Positions 40,848 to 51,966 of a stretch of 64,000 nt of DNA are shown one piece after another; positions within the stretch are counted from its first letter, which is position 1; each line of letters opens with the position of its first letter. The stretch covers positions 575,054-639,053 of the forward strand of contig CAVUPU010000001.1 of assembly GCA_963743425.1 (NCBI GenBank). Reading direction: 5' to 3'. The position numbers were made by a program, and so were the translations under genes. The notes under the pieces are model-generated. The model did no database searches and was not told where the DNA came from. It saw only the letters and a program-made list of their open reading frames with translations. Origin of the DNA: an uncultured Acidobacteriota bacterium. GTDB lineage: Bacteria > Acidobacteriota > Blastocatellia > RBC074.

Positions 40848-42866
40848 TCAAGCTTCCAGCCTCTGCCGCGCCGCTCTCAAGAGCAGGAAGCAGAGTCCGG
40901 CGAAGAAGGCAATGCCGATGAGATCGGCGACGGCGCCATATTGCTGCCAGCCGTGAATGCCGACGGTGTCGAGCACCCGGCTCAGGATCGAAACCTCTCT
41001 GCCGTCTGGGCCGGTCGTGGAGATGCCGCTGAGCAATGCGATGGCGACACCCGTGAGCGAACCACCGGCGACCAGGCCGGTGCTGTAGAGCATGCCGGAG
41101 CTGACCTCGGATTCTCCGTGACCGTTGGCCCGCGCGCCGGTCATTCTGTCGGCCAGCGCTTTCATCAAACCGCCGACAAAAATCGGCGCCGTCGTCGAGA
41201 GCGGGAGATACGCCCCGACGGCGAACGATAGCGAGCGTATGCCGCACAACTCGACCACCACCGAAATGGCCATGCCGACAAAGACCAAACCCCACGGCAG
41301 GTCCTGCGCCAACAAGCCGCGAATGATGGTGGCCATTAAGGTCGCCTGCGGCGCCGGCAATCTTTCCGAACCGATGGCATGTGTGACGCCTTCAAATCTC
41401 ATTGAAGCGTCCAGCGCCTGCAAGGTCAGACCGATGACGATGGTCGAGACCACGACGCCGATGATCAGACCGATTTGCTGATAAATGGGGGTCGCGCCGA
41501 CGATGTAACCCGTCTTCAAATCCTGGCTCGTCGCGCCGGCGTTCGCCGCGGCGATGCAAACGATGCCGCCGACGGCCAGGGCCAGGGCCTGGTATCCCTC
41601 GCCGGTCCAACCGAGACTCACGAAAATCAGGCAGGTCGCCATCAACGTCGCGATTGTCATGCCGGAGATCGGATTCGATGACGAGCCGATGATGCCGACG
41701 ATGCGCGAGCTTACTGTGACGAAGAAGAATCCGAAGATCACCACCAACAGGCCCATCAACAATTTGCCGAGGATTGTATCGCCCGGAAGCTGAGGCAATA
41801 GCGCGACAATGAGAACCAGCGCCAGCGAGCCGATGATCACGTAGGTGATCGGGATATCGCGCTCGGTTCTCGCCGTCGCCACGCCAGCCTTCGCATCGCG
41901 CAGGCTTTTGAAACTCTCTCTGAACGCGGCGATGATCGTGGGCATTGTTCGAATCAGCGTGATCAGGCCGGCAGCGGCCACTGCGCCGGCTCCGATATAG
42001 CGGACATAGCCCAGACGAATTTGCGATGGCGACATGTCGCGAATCAACCCGGCGCCCGGATTGAGAACAGTCGGCAAGCCGTCGCCGATTAAGGTGATGA
42101 GCGGAATCAACACGAGATAGGAGAGCACGCCTCCGGCCACCAACACGCCGGCGATGCGCGGCCCGATGATGTAACCGACGCCGAGATATTCCGGCGTGAC
42201 ATCTGCGCTCACACTCGCATTCGGGAAGCTCGAGCTGTGCGACGCCTGAACGGTCGGTGATTCTTTCCACAGGCCGAAAATGCTCATGAGCGATTTGTAG
42301 GCGAACGCAATACCGAGTCCGGCGAAAACTTTACTCGCCATCGAGCCGCCTCTTTCTCCGGCGACCAGCACATCCGCGCAGGCCGTGCCTTCGGGATAGG
42401 GCAGCGTTTCATGCTCCTTGACGATCAGCGAGCGGCGCAGCGGAACCATGAAAAATACACCCAGTATTCCGCCAACGAGCGCGAGAGTGAAGATGTTGAA
42501 ATAGGTGAAGAACTGATCTCCGGACGCGAGAAAGATCAGCGCGGGAATGGTGAAGGCCACTCCGGCGGCGACCGATTCACCCGCTGAGCCGATGGTTTGG
42601 ACGATGTTGTTTTCGAGAATAGTGGATTTGCCGATGCGTTTGAAAACCGCGATGGCCAGCACCGCAATCGGAATCGAGGCCGAGACCGTCAACCCGGCCC
42701 TGAGCGCCAGATAGACCGTGGACGCGCCAAAGATGATCCCGAAGATCGCGCCAAGGATGATGGCCTTGATAGTGAACTCCGGCACGATCTGTTCGTCCGG
42801 AACATAGGGCTTGAATTTCTTCTCAGCTGCTTTGACTTCTGCTTCTGCCATGTTGATAGCCTCCAA
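40848..42866 (-). CDS. OPT family oligopeptide/metal-chelate transporter
   Basis: GLTVSASIP, ENNIVQT..SAGE, LPYPEGTACA, SSNPISG, QDLKTG, APQATLM. Confidence 0.93.
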   Translation of the reverse strand: MEAINMAEAEVKAAEKKFKPYVPDEQIVPEFTIKAIILGAIFGIIFGASTVYLALRAGLTVSASIPIAVLAIAVFKRIGKSTILENNIVQTIGSAGESVAAGVAFTIPALIFLASGDQFFTYFNIFTLALVGGILGVFFMVPLRRSLIVKEHETLPYPEGTACADVLVAGERGGSMASKVFAGLGIAFAYKSLMSIFGLWKESPTVQASHSSSFPNASVSADVTPEYLGVGYIIGPRIAGVLVAGGVLSYLVLIPLITLIGDGLPTVLNPGAGLIRDMSPSQIRLGYVRYIGAGAVAAAGLITLIRTMPTIIAAFRESFKSLRDAKAGVATARTERDIPITYVIIGSLALVLIVALLPQLPGDTILGKLLMGLLVVIFGFFFVTVSSRIVGIIGSSSNPISGMTIATLMATCLIFVSLGWTGEGYQALALAVGGIVCIAAANAGATSQDLKTGYIVGATPIYQQIGLIIGVVVSTIVIGLTLQALDASMRFEGVTHAIGSERLPAPQATLMATIIRGLLAQDLPWGLVFVGMAISVVVELCGIRSLSFAVGAYLPLSTTAPIFVGGLMKALADRMTGARANGHGESEVSSGMLYSTGLVAGGSLTGVAIALLSGISTTGPDGREVSILSRVLDTVGIHGWQQYGAVADLIGIAFFAGLCFLLLRAARQRLEA

Positions 42867-43136
42867 CTAGGTTGGTTTTGGATCGCTGTCCTGCTCGGCG
42901 ATCATTCGCTGCGCCTGCTGTTGAGCCTGCTCAATGGCTTCGAGCATCGCCAGCGTTTCAGATTCTGAGCTCTGCGGGGTTTCGAACTCGTCCGGTTCCC
43001 AATAGTCGAGCACGCATACGGCGCAGCCCGTTCCGCAGCAAGGCGGCATGGACGATGGCCGTTCGACGCCGGGCGACGCATTGCGCTGCGCCTGAAATGG
43101 CTCTAACTGCATAGTTGTCGTTGTTGTGTCGCTCAC
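42867..43136 (-). CDS. Small Cys-rich protein, oxidoreductase-like N-terminal motif
   Basis: PCCGTGCAVCVLD matches CCxxGCxxCV.D; abuts the OPT gene. Confidence 0.65.
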   Translation of the reverse strand: MSDTTTTTMQLEPFQAQRNASPGVERPSSMPPCCGTGCAVCVLDYWEPDEFETPQSSESETLAMLEAIEQAQQQAQRMIAEQDSDPKPT

Positions 43137-43405
43137 GGTCGAAAAGCTCGAGGGCAGGGCGGAATATAAGTAATGCCTTCGACCCTGTCAATCGCGCTCA
43201 CTGGTTAAAAACTACGCTTGTAACACTTAGCGGCCTTTAGTATTCTTCACGCGCGTCCTCCCCCGGCGTGTCTCAGTCTCAATAGATTGAGACGATTGCG
43301 CTCTATCTATTGAATAGCTCGTTTGAAAACCCTCAACGCGCGTCGAGGCCGATGCGAGCGGCCCTGCATTCATGTGTTGTTCCTTGAGAGCATTCAGGAG
43401 GGCCG

Positions 43406-45277
43406 ATGCGGTATTGTCAGGTTTGTCATCGTTGTTTCGGAGACGGCGCGGAATATTGCCTCTTCGATCAGACTCCTACATTTCTCGTCGATCAGCTTCC
43501 GGTCGTCATTGACGGCAAATATCGTCTGGAGCGGTTGATCGCGCACGGCGGTATGGGATCGGTCTATCGGGCGATCCATCAGCAGCTCGAACGCAACGTC
43601 GCGATCAAGATTCTGCGCGCCGAATTCCTCGCTGACCAGGTCATCGCCGAACGGTTCAACCGCGAAGCCCGCGCCGCCGCGAAATTGAAACATCCGAACA
43701 TCGTCGCCATTTATGATTTCGGATTCATGATGAATGGCGGAGCCTATCTGGTGATGGAGCTGATCGAAGGGCGCAGCCTGCGCGAGGAACTGCGAACCCA
43801 TTCGGCGGGACATGGACAGATGCGGCCCGAACGCGCGGTCGCGATCATGTCTCAGGTCTGCGCCGGCATCGAAACCGCTCATCGCCAGGGCATCATTCAC
43901 CGCGACCTCAAACCTGACAACGTCATGATCGAAGCCACGGCCGAGGCTACGGAGCGTGTTCTGGTGCTCGATTTCGGCATCGCGAAGTTGAAAGACCGCG
44001 ATCAGAGCGTGCAGGGAATCACTGATGAAAACACGATCATCGGGACTCCGAACTACATTTCGCCTGAACAATGCACCGGCCAGGCTGTAGACGCGCGCTC
44101 GGACATTTACAGCCTGGGCGTGATCCTCTACGAGATGCTCACAGGCCGAACCCCCTTTGCGGATCAAAACACGTCGTCGATTCTGCTGCGCCATTTGCAG
44201 GAGCCTCCGACTCCGCCCACCCGGTTCCGCGCGGGATTGAGCAAAGAACTGGAGCTAGTCGTCTTGCGCGCGCTGGCGAAGAATCCGAGCCACCGCTTCT
44301 CGTCCGCCGCGCAATTCGCCGAACACCTCTCCGCCGCGGCGCCATCTTCACGACGTTCTATCGAAGAAGTCCAGGAAGAATTCAATGAGACAGACGAGAC
44401 CCGCGCTCGCAGTCCCGTGATCATTGCCGATGAATTGACCGGCGTTCAACCGAGACCCGTCTTCGGATTCGCCGGCTTTCAGCCTGGCCTTGTTTCCGAG
44501 GCGTCTTCGTTCGATTCATCAAATTCGATTGAAAATGGGTCGATTGCGGATGTGGATGTCAGGCCGCCAACGCTCCTGATCGAGAGCCAGTCGAGAACGA
44601 AATTCAATGTGGCGGTGGTAACCGCAGTGCTGGCCTTATTGGGCTTCATCGGCTATCTTTTGTTCAGCGAATGGCAGGCCGAAGCAGATGAGACCGCCGG
44701 ATCAGCCGTATTGAAATCTGCGGATTCCAATAACGACCAGGGATCGGGCAGTCCGAACTCATCTCTCGCAAATTCTGTGAGCGACACAAATGGCGCGAGG
44801 CGACCTGATGGGGCCGAATCGAGCGGAGGCAAAACGCTGCCAGCCTCTTTCGTCAAGGGGGACGCGAAGACCGACATATCATCCTCTGGAAGCGTGAGCG
44901 AAAACGCTGAGCGCGAAGTGAGATCGGTCTATGACCAATGGGCGAAGTCGGCCGTCGGCGGCAATTGGGAAAAGCACCTGAGCTTTTACGCCGACCGCGT
45001 CGACTATTTTCGTGATGGAAAATTGACGCGCGCGCAGATCAAGTCGCGCAAGCGCCGGGTCTTCGGCGCTCTCGATTCTTATGCATTGAAATTCACACAG
45101 TCTCCGCGGATTCGACTGAGACAGGTAGACGGCGCGCAGGTGGCCGACGTGAGCTACGACAGACAATGGCTGCTCAAGCGCAATCGCAAGAAGATCGAAG
45201 GCAAGGCGCATGGCTTGATTACGCTGCGCCGTGAGGCGCGCGGCTGGCGCATCGTCAGCGAAAAACAGATCAAATAA
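43406..45277 (+). CDS. Membrane Ser/Thr protein kinase with C-terminal NTF2/SnoaL-like domain
   Basis: HGGMGSVY, HRDLKPDN, DFG, GTPNYISPE; TM helix; C-terminal W...SFYAD...GWRIVSE; RBS AGGAGG. Confidence 0.92.
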   Translation: MRYCQVCHRCFGDGAEYCLFDQTPTFLVDQLPVVIDGKYRLERLIAHGGMGSVYRAIHQQLERNVAIKILRAEFLADQVIAERFNREARAAAKLKHPNIVAIYDFGFMMNGGAYLVMELIEGRSLREELRTHSAGHGQMRPERAVAIMSQVCAGIETAHRQGIIHRDLKPDNVMIEATAEATERVLVLDFGIAKLKDRDQSVQGITDENTIIGTPNYISPEQCTGQAVDARSDIYSLGVILYEMLTGRTPFADQNTSSILLRHLQEPPTPPTRFRAGLSKELELVVLRALAKNPSHRFSSAAQFAEHLSAAAPSSRRSIEEVQEEFNETDETRARSPVIIADELTGVQPRPVFGFAGFQPGLVSEASSFDSSNSIENGSIADVDVRPPTLLIESQSRTKFNVAVVTAVLALLGFIGYLLFSEWQAEADETAGSAVLKSADSNNDQGSGSPNSSLANSVSDTNGARRPDGAESSGGKTLPASFVKGDAKTDISSSGSVSENAEREVRSVYDQWAKSAVGGNWEKHLSFYADRVDYFRDGKLTRAQIKSRKRRVFGALDSYALKFTQSPRIRLRQVDGAQVADVSYDRQWLLKRNRKKIEGKAHGLITLRREARGWRIVSEKQIK

Positions 45278-45348
45278 ATAGGGCGCAGTACCGCGCGCGT
45301 GAGCAAGCGGCTGGCGCATCGTCAGCGAAAAACAGATCAAATAAATAG
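45240..45348 (+). repeat. 42-bp direct duplication of the kinase 3' end around a half REP
   Basis: 45240-45281 equals 45307-45348. Confidence 0.9.
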
Positions 45349-45398
45349 CAGGGGAAACAACCCTGGCCCGTAGCGCAGGCATCTTCGCCTGGTCAGGT

Positions 45399-45469
45399 TA
45401 CGGCGCCGCGCGCGTAAGCAAGCGGGGCGTCTCATTGGTCAGCCGCTTGCTTACGCGCGCGGCGCCGTA
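45399..45469. repeat. REP-like palindrome
   Basis: TACGGCGCCGCGCGCGTAAGCAAGCGG and its reverse complement. Confidence 0.88.
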
Positions 45470-45568
45470 CTTCATCTCCGAAAAGCGGCGCTCGCAAAAT
45501 TCGAGCGGGCGATAGGCTCTACTCAACAAATCAAATCCAGTCTGGAAGAACAGGCTTCGAGCAAACTT

Positions 45569-47050
45569 ATGAATACGAAACGCGGACTTTTTTTCGCCTT
45601 TTTATGCGCAGCGGTTGTCGGCGTCTTTGCGCTTGCGCTGATCGTCGCATCGTTTGCTCGACCGGGCGTTTTCCGATCGCTCCTGTTCGGACAGGGGAAT
45701 TCGAGTTGGGGGTTGGCCAGTAGCGATTTCAGCGGCTCAAACGCCGATATCGTCGCGGAGGCCAATCCGGCCGTGGTGACCGTGGTGGCGACGCGAGCGA
45801 TTCCGGCGGGAGAAGACTCCGGCGCCGGAGAGACGGCTCAAGAAGGTCGCGTGCAGCGGGGCACGGGAGCCGGGTTCATAATCGATCCCGAAGGTTTGAT
45901 CGTTACCAATCAGCACGTGATAGCGAACGCCGATCGCATCCGCGTGAAACTCCACGACGGTCGGACTCAAGCTGCGACTGTGATGGGCGCCGACAACGCC
46001 ACCGATCTGGCCCTGCTCAAAATCGCTGTGAACGACCTGGCGCCGCTTCATCTGGGCGATTCCGACGCCCTCCGCGTGGGCGATTCCGTGATCGCCATCG
46101 GCAATCCGCTCGAATACGAGCGTTCGGTCACGGCCGGCATCGTCTCCGCGCTGGGCCGGAAGGTTTACGAGGCCGAGCCGTTCGAGAATTTCATTCAAAC
46201 CGACGCAGCGATCAACCGAGGCAACTCCGGCGGGCCGCTGCTCAATAAACGCGGCGAAGTGATCGGCGTCAACACGGTGATCCGCAGCGACGGTCGAGGC
46301 ATCAGCTTCGCCGTGCCGAGCAATGTGGTCAAACGCGTCGTCGCGCAATTGCGCGCTCACGGCTATGTCGCGCGCGGTTATCTGGGGCTGACCCCGGCCG
46401 CTCTGACGCCGGAACTCCGCGAAGGACTCGGTCTGGGCGATCTTCAGGGCGTCATGGTCGCCGATGTCTTGAACAACTTCCCGGCGGAGCGGTCGGGCAT
46501 TCGACCTTACGACGTGATCACTCATTTCAACACTCGTTCGATCACGCAGGCTGACGATTTCTTCGCCTCCGTCGCCAATGCGACGCCCCAGCAGCGGGTC
46601 GAAATCGCGGTCGTGCGCGGCGGGCAGCCGATGAAGTTTTATCCGACGTTGGAACAGCGCCCCATCGACGTCGCCGCCAACTCGCCCAAAGTTCGGCCGG
46701 CATCCGATAAAATAGGGCAGACGGGCGGGCAGAACATCGGCCTTCTCCTCGGATTCTCCGTGCGCGAAAACACTCCCGAGGCCTTGCGCGAGTTGCGCGT
46801 CGGTAAAGTGAGCGATGAGATCGCGGGCGGCGTGATCGTTTCAGACGTCAATCCGTTAGGCCCCGCCGCCGATTCGCGCCTCTTGACCGGCTACGTCATC
46901 CTCGAAGCCAATCGCCAGCCGATTCGCTGTCTCGAAGATTTTCAGAAAGCCACTTCGCACTTGCGCGAAGGCGATATTTTGGTCATCCGTTTTACCAGCC
47001 CTCACCAGCGCGCCATCCAATTCGCCGCGATCAAGGTCGGGGAAAGTTAA
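45569..47050 (+). CDS. HtrA/DegP-family serine protease with two PDZ domains
   Basis: [27 protein letters not shown]; N-terminal TM. Confidence 0.93.
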   Translation: MNTKRGLFFAFLCAAVVGVFALALIVASFARPGVFRSLLFGQGNSSWGLASSDFSGSNADIVAEANPAVVTVVATRAIPAGEDSGAGETAQEGRVQRGTGAGFIIDPEGLIVTNQHVIANADRIRVKLHDGRTQAATVMGADNATDLALLKIAVNDLAPLHLGDSDALRVGDSVIAIGNPLEYERSVTAGIVSALGRKVYEAEPFENFIQTDAAINRGNSGGPLLNKRGEVIGVNTVIRSDGRGISFAVPSNVVKRVVAQLRAHGYVARGYLGLTPAALTPELREGLGLGDLQGVMVADVLNNFPAERSGIRPYDVITHFNTRSITQADDFFASVANATPQQRVEIAVVRGGQPMKFYPTLEQRPIDVAANSPKVRPASDKIGQTGGQNIGLLLGFSVRENTPEALRELRVGKVSDEIAGGVIVSDVNPLGPAADSRLLTGYVILEANRQPIRCLEDFQKATSHLREGDILVIRFTSPHQRAIQFAAIKVGES

Positions 47051-47051
47051 A

Positions 47052-48653
47052 ATGGCAAATCAGTTTGACGTATTGATCATCGGCGCCGGGCATAACGGTC
47101 TGGTCGCCGCCGGGTATCTGGCGCGCGCAGGCTTGAAAGTCGCTGCGCTCGAGCGTCGCCCGGTTCTGGGCGGGGCATGTGTGACAGAAGAGGTCTGGCC
47201 TGGATTCAAGGTCTCGACCCTCTCATATCTTTGCAGCCTGCTCCAGCCGCGAATCGTCCAGGAACTGGACCTGAGCGCTTTCGGCTATCACATCTACCCC
47301 AAAGACCCTTCGTTCTTCACGGCTTTTCCCGACGGTCGCCACATCTTCTTCTGGCAGGACATGGATAAGACGGTCGGGGAGATCGCTAAATTTTCAAGGC
47401 GCGACGCCGAGTACTATCCGAGATATGAAGAGGAGCTTGCGCATCTGGCCGAATGGGTCGAATCTCTGTTGCTCGAAACGCCGCCGAATATCGTGCGGCG
47501 ACGCTTGAGCGATCTGGCCGCGCTCGGCAAATTCGGTCTGCGGGCGCTCAAACTCGGCGACGAAGGCGTCACGCGAATGGTCAAGATCATGACCCAGAGC
47601 GTGCGCGATTTCCTCGACGAGCGTTTTGAATCGGACGAGATCAAAACGACCCTGGCGACCGACGGCGTGATCGGGACCAATGGCGGGCCTGCGACGCCGG
47701 GCACCGCCTATATCCTGCTGCATCACGTGATGGGCGGGGCGGCGGGCGCTCGCGGTCTGTGGGGATTCATACGCGGCGGGATGGGCGCCATCAGCGACGC
47801 TCTGGCGCGCTCCGCCGAATCGAAGGGCGCCGTAATCCGCGCGAACGCCGAGGTCGAACGCATCCTGATCAAAGACGGCAGAGCCTATGGCGTCGCGCTC
47901 AAAAGCGGCGAGGAGATTCACGCCAAAGTCATGGTTTCAAACGCCGACCCGAAGCGCACGTTTTTGAGCCTTGTCGAGCGCGGCCATCTCGACGAAGATT
48001 TCCGCCGCTCGATAGAGAACTTCCGTGTCGAAGGCTCGTCGTTCAAAATCAATCTGGCGCTCGACGGTCTGCCCGATTTCACCGCCTATCCAAGCAAGGG
48101 CGGTCGCGAGCCGGACCTGCCGCACAAGACCACGATGCACGTCTGTCCGACGATGGATTATGTTGACCGCGCCTGGGAAGACGCCAAGCAGGGAAGGCCG
48201 TCAACCAATCCGATGCTCGAATGCACCATCCCGACGGCCTACGACGATTCGATCGCTCCGCCGGGCAAACACATCATGTGCATATTCGCCCAATACGCGC
48301 CCTATACGCTCAAAGACGCCGGCTGGGATCAGTCGATGAAAGAGCGGTTCGCCGACCGCTGCATTGACGCGTTGGCCGATTACGCGCCGAATATCAAAAA
48401 CATCATCCTGCATCGCCAGGTGATTTCGCCGCTCGACATGGAGCGGGAGTACGGATTGACCGGCGGCAACATCTTTCACGGCGAGATGGACCTCGACCAA
48501 TTGTTCTTCATGCGCCCCGTGGCCGGATGGGCGAAGTACCGAACGCCGATCCGGAACCTTTATTTATGCGGTTCGGGCACGCATCCGGGCGGAGGCGTGA
48601 TGGGCGCGCCGGGATTCAACGCGGCGCGCGAGATATTGCGTGATTTGAAATAA
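47052..48653 (+). CDS. Phytoene-dehydrogenase-like FAD-dependent oxidoreductase
   Basis: IIGAGHNGLVAA, GGMG, GL.GGNIFHG, LYLCGSGTHPGGGV. Confidence 0.9.
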   Translation: MANQFDVLIIGAGHNGLVAAGYLARAGLKVAALERRPVLGGACVTEEVWPGFKVSTLSYLCSLLQPRIVQELDLSAFGYHIYPKDPSFFTAFPDGRHIFFWQDMDKTVGEIAKFSRRDAEYYPRYEEELAHLAEWVESLLLETPPNIVRRRLSDLAALGKFGLRALKLGDEGVTRMVKIMTQSVRDFLDERFESDEIKTTLATDGVIGTNGGPATPGTAYILLHHVMGGAAGARGLWGFIRGGMGAISDALARSAESKGAVIRANAEVERILIKDGRAYGVALKSGEEIHAKVMVSNADPKRTFLSLVERGHLDEDFRRSIENFRVEGSSFKINLALDGLPDFTAYPSKGGREPDLPHKTTMHVCPTMDYVDRAWEDAKQGRPSTNPMLECTIPTAYDDSIAPPGKHIMCIFAQYAPYTLKDAGWDQSMKERFADRCIDALADYAPNIKNIILHRQVISPLDMEREYGLTGGNIFHGEMDLDQLFFMRPVAGWAKYRTPIRNLYLCGSGTHPGGGVMGAPGFNAAREILRDLK

Positions 48654-48664
48654 TGAAAATGCGT

Positions 48665-48720
48665 TTTGAGTCCCGCCTTTAGGCGGCCTGAGTTCAGCCG
48701 CCTAAAGGCGGGACTCAAAG
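48665..48720. repeat. REP doublet GAGTCCCGCCTTTAGGCGG ... CCGCCTAAAGGCGGGACTC
   Basis: Inverted arms read directly; intact relative of the outer arms at 7396 and 7802. Confidence 0.88.
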
Positions 48721-48739
48721 CGCTTTTCCGAGGAAGCTT

Positions 48740-49585
48740 ATGGATGCATCAACAATAGGATTCGTGGTTCTCGCGATCATCGTTCTTCTGATCATCGCGC
48801 GCCTGGTTTATCGTCTTCTGCTCGGCCATGGGATGACCGAGACGCTGATCAACAGCGACAACAAGGCCGCGGCGGTCTCGTTGGGCGGATTCCTGCTCGG
48901 CGTGATTCAGGTGGTCATTCCGGTTTTGACAGGGCCTAGCCACTCGTTCTGGGCCGACGTCAAAGGCGTCGCGGCGTACGGCATCGGCGGCATCATTGCT
49001 ATGGCTGTGGCCGGCGTGATCTTCGAGCAGTACAGTCGCTGGGTGGGCGCGTCGCTGCGTGAAGAGATCGCCGCGGGCAATCTCTCGGCGGGAATCATTG
49101 ACGGCGCGATCTTCTTCGCTTCTAGCCAGATCGTGGCCGGGGCGTTGAGCGGAGACGGCGGCTCAATTGTCCCGACGATAGTCTTCTGGGCCGTAGGCGT
49201 CGTTGCGCTGATCGTCTTCACGCACATCTTCCGCTCGCTCACTTCGTACAACGACGCCGATTCGGTCAAATCGAACAACGTCGCGGCGGCGCTCGGATGC
49301 GCGGGATTGATTATCGCAATAGGGATCATGGCCGGCTACGCGGTGTCGGGCAATTTCACCGGATACGCTCAGGGCTTTCGCGATTTCGGCCTGATGATGC
49401 TCGCGACGGTCGCGCTCTATCCCGTGCGACAGATCGTCGTGCAGATGCTGTTTCTGGGCGGCGGGTTCAGCTTCCGCAACGGCAGGCTCGATCACGAGAT
49501 CGCCCAGGACCGCAACGTCGGCGCGGGGTTGCTCGAAGCGGTTGGCTATATCGCCACCGCGCTGGTCGTCACTCGGCTCTTTTAA
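48740..49585 (+). CDS. DUF350 family membrane protein
   Basis: Repeated helix-EI...N.AA/G pattern (DNKAAA, EEIAAGNLSAG, SNNVAAA, HEIAQDRNVGAG). Confidence 0.75.
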   Translation: MDASTIGFVVLAIIVLLIIARLVYRLLLGHGMTETLINSDNKAAAVSLGGFLLGVIQVVIPVLTGPSHSFWADVKGVAAYGIGGIIAMAVAGVIFEQYSRWVGASLREEIAAGNLSAGIIDGAIFFASSQIVAGALSGDGGSIVPTIVFWAVGVVALIVFTHIFRSLTSYNDADSVKSNNVAAALGCAGLIIAIGIMAGYAVSGNFTGYAQGFRDFGLMMLATVALYPVRQIVVQMLFLGGGFSFRNGRLDHEIAQDRNVGAGLLEAVGYIATALVVTRLF

Positions 49586-49586
49586 G

Positions 49587-49766
49587 TCAGTACCGCGAGT
49601 GGTAGCGAGCGTGGCTCCACAGATCGGTTGATGGTGGGGGCCACGCTCGCTACCGCTCGCGGTACTGATTCGACGCAACACCGCTCGCAGTGCTGATTCG
49701 AGGCAACACCGCTCGCAGTGCTGATTCGACGCAACACCGCTCGCAGGGCTGATTCGACGCAACACC
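49587..49766. repeat. REP-like palindrome (49587-49668) followed by about 3.6 tandem 28-bp repeats
   Basis: CTGATTCGACGCAACACCGCTCGCAGTG at 49665, 49693, 49721 and partial at 49749. Confidence 0.9.
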
Positions 49767-49795
49767 CATCAGGTCTCCAATCCGAAGAGGGAACT

Positions 49796-51175
49796 ATGAA
49801 CAAGACCAAGATTCTCGCCAACCGCCTGGTTATTTTGACCGCCCTGTCGCTTGGCGCCGTTGTCAGCGCGCTGGCGCAGGAAGCCGCGCCTAGCATATCG
49901 AAGCTCGACGAATATCTGAGCGCCGCCGCCAAACAGGGTTTCACCGGCTCGGCGCTGGTCGCGCGCGACGGCAAGGTCGATATTCAGCAAAGGCTACGGA
50001 ATGGCCAACGCCGAATGGGACATCCCGAACACGCCGCAGACCAAATTCCGTCTTGGCTCGATCACCAAACAGTTCACCGCGGCGGCGATCCTGTTATTGC
50101 AGGAACGCGGCAAGCTCAGCGTGCAAGACCCTGTCTGCAAATACGTCGTTGAGTGCCCGAAAGCCTGGGAGCCGATCACCATTCATCATTTGCTGGTTCA
50201 CACATCCGGCATACCGAGTTACACCGATGTGAAGCAGGAGGAATTCCGCAAGCTCGGTTTGATGTCCGTCACCCCATCAGGCTTCGTGGACAGCTTCAAA
50301 AGCAAACCGCTTGAGTTCGCCGTCGGCGAAAAATATGAAATACAACAATTCGGGCTATTTCATTCTCGGCTACATCATCGAGAAAGTTTCGGGCCAGAGC
50401 TACGAGGCGTTCCTTCAGGAGAATATCTTCACGCCGCTGAAAATGGCCAATACGGGCTACGACACTCACGACCGCATCCTCAAACACCGCGCCACGGGTT
50501 ATTCCAGAAGAAAGGACGTCAGGATCAATTCGGATTACCTGGATATGACCTTGCCCTACGCCGCCGGGTCGCTCTATTCGACGGTCGAAGATTTGTTTGC
50601 GTGGAATGAGGCGCTTTTCTCCGACAAGCTGCTCTCGGCCAAATCGCGCGAGGCGATGATGACCGTGGACAAGAACTATTACGCTTACGGTCTGGGGGTT
50701 AATCAGCAGCACAACCGCAAACTGGTCAGCCACGGCGGCGGGATCAACGGTTTCAGCACCTTCCTGGCGCGGTTTCCCGAAGAGAAGGTGACCGATTGTC
50801 GTCTTGCGCAACGCCGATTACGGCGTTACCAATCCCGGCAAGATCAGCCATGATCTGGCCGCGATTGTTTTCGGCGAGAAGTACGAGATTCCGCGCGAGC
50901 GCGTGGCGATCAAGATTGATCCGAAAATCCTCGACGCTTACGTCGGCCAATACGAACTCCGTCCCAACTTCATCATCACGATGACCAGGGAAGGCGACAG
51001 TCTGATGACTCAGGCGACGGGGCAGCCGAAATTCGAGTTGTTTCCCGAATCGGAGACCAAATTCTTTCTCAAAGTCGTGGATGCGCAGGTCACCTTCGTC
51101 AAAGACGACAAAGGCGCGGTCACGCATCTGATCCTGCATCAGGGTGGAGATCAGAAGGCGAAGAAGATCAAGTGA
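49796..51175 (+). CDS. Beta-lactamase-fold serine hydrolase with C-terminal DUF3471-like domain; three +1 frameshifts (~49979, ~50334, ~50794)
   Basis: GSITKQF (SxxK), LLVHTSG, YNNSGY, AAGSLYST, HGG.INGF, LDAYVGQYEL. Confidence 0.85.
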
Positions 51176-51185
51176 TAATCCGGTT

Positions 51186-51956
51186 ATGAACAAGCTGCTG
51201 ATTTTCATTCTGCCCGCGCTTTTGCTCTTCGCGCCGTTGCTGACAGCCGATTGCCAGCAGGCGCAGACCAGAACCGCTTCGCAATCGCCGGCCGCGTCCG
51301 CCGACAAGCCGGTCTACGAAACGCGCGCCGATCACGATCCCGACGGCATCGGCAAGTTTTATATGGGCCGCGAGATCGCGCACGTCATGGGCTACCAGGG
51401 CGCCGAATGGCTGGAGCGACCCGAACGCGTCGATGAAGAGCGACCGGATCAGGTGGTCGAGCAGATGAAGCTCAGGCCGACCGATGTCGTCGCGGATGTC
51501 GGAGCGGGCACCGGATATTTTTCATTCCGCATCAGCCGCGTTGTGCCGCAGGGCAAAGTCTTCGCGGTTGACCTCCAGCCCGAAATGCTCGCCATCATCG
51601 AAAAGCGCAAGAAGCAATTGAAGGCCGATAACGTCGTCGCGCTGCGCAGCGCGGAGACGGACGCGAAGCTGCCGGAGAATTCCATCGATGTCGCGCTGAT
51701 GGTTGACGTCTACCACGAGTTCGCATTCCCGCGCGAGATGATGCTGAGCGTCATCAAAGCCTTGAAACCCGGCGGGCGCGTGGTTCAGATCGAATACCGA
51801 GGCGAAGACCCCGACGTGCCGATCAAACGGGTGCACAAGATGACCGTCGCGCAGGCGCGCAAGGAGATGGCCGCCGTCGGATTGGTCTGGAAAGAGACGA
51901 AGGATTTTCTGCCTCAGCAGCATTTTATTGTTTATGAAAAGCCCGCGCGGCAGTGA
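51186..51956 (+). CDS. Class I SAM-dependent methyltransferase with signal-like N-terminus
   Basis: YMGREIAHVMG..GA.WLER, VADVGAGTGYF, VDVYHE, LKPGG. Confidence 0.88.
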   Translation: MNKLLIFILPALLLFAPLLTADCQQAQTRTASQSPAASADKPVYETRADHDPDGIGKFYMGREIAHVMGYQGAEWLERPERVDEERPDQVVEQMKLRPTDVVADVGAGTGYFSFRISRVVPQGKVFAVDLQPEMLAIIEKRKKQLKADNVVALRSAETDAKLPENSIDVALMVDVYHEFAFPREMMLSVIKALKPGGRVVQIEYRGEDPDVPIKRVHKMTVAQARKEMAAVGLVWKETKDFLPQQHFIVYEKPARQ

Positions 51957-51966
51957 GTATGTGAGT

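Noticed and set aside
49665-49766. 28-bp repeats as a CRISPR array
   Set aside because: The units are head-to-tail with no spacers, derive from a REP end, and no cas genes are present.
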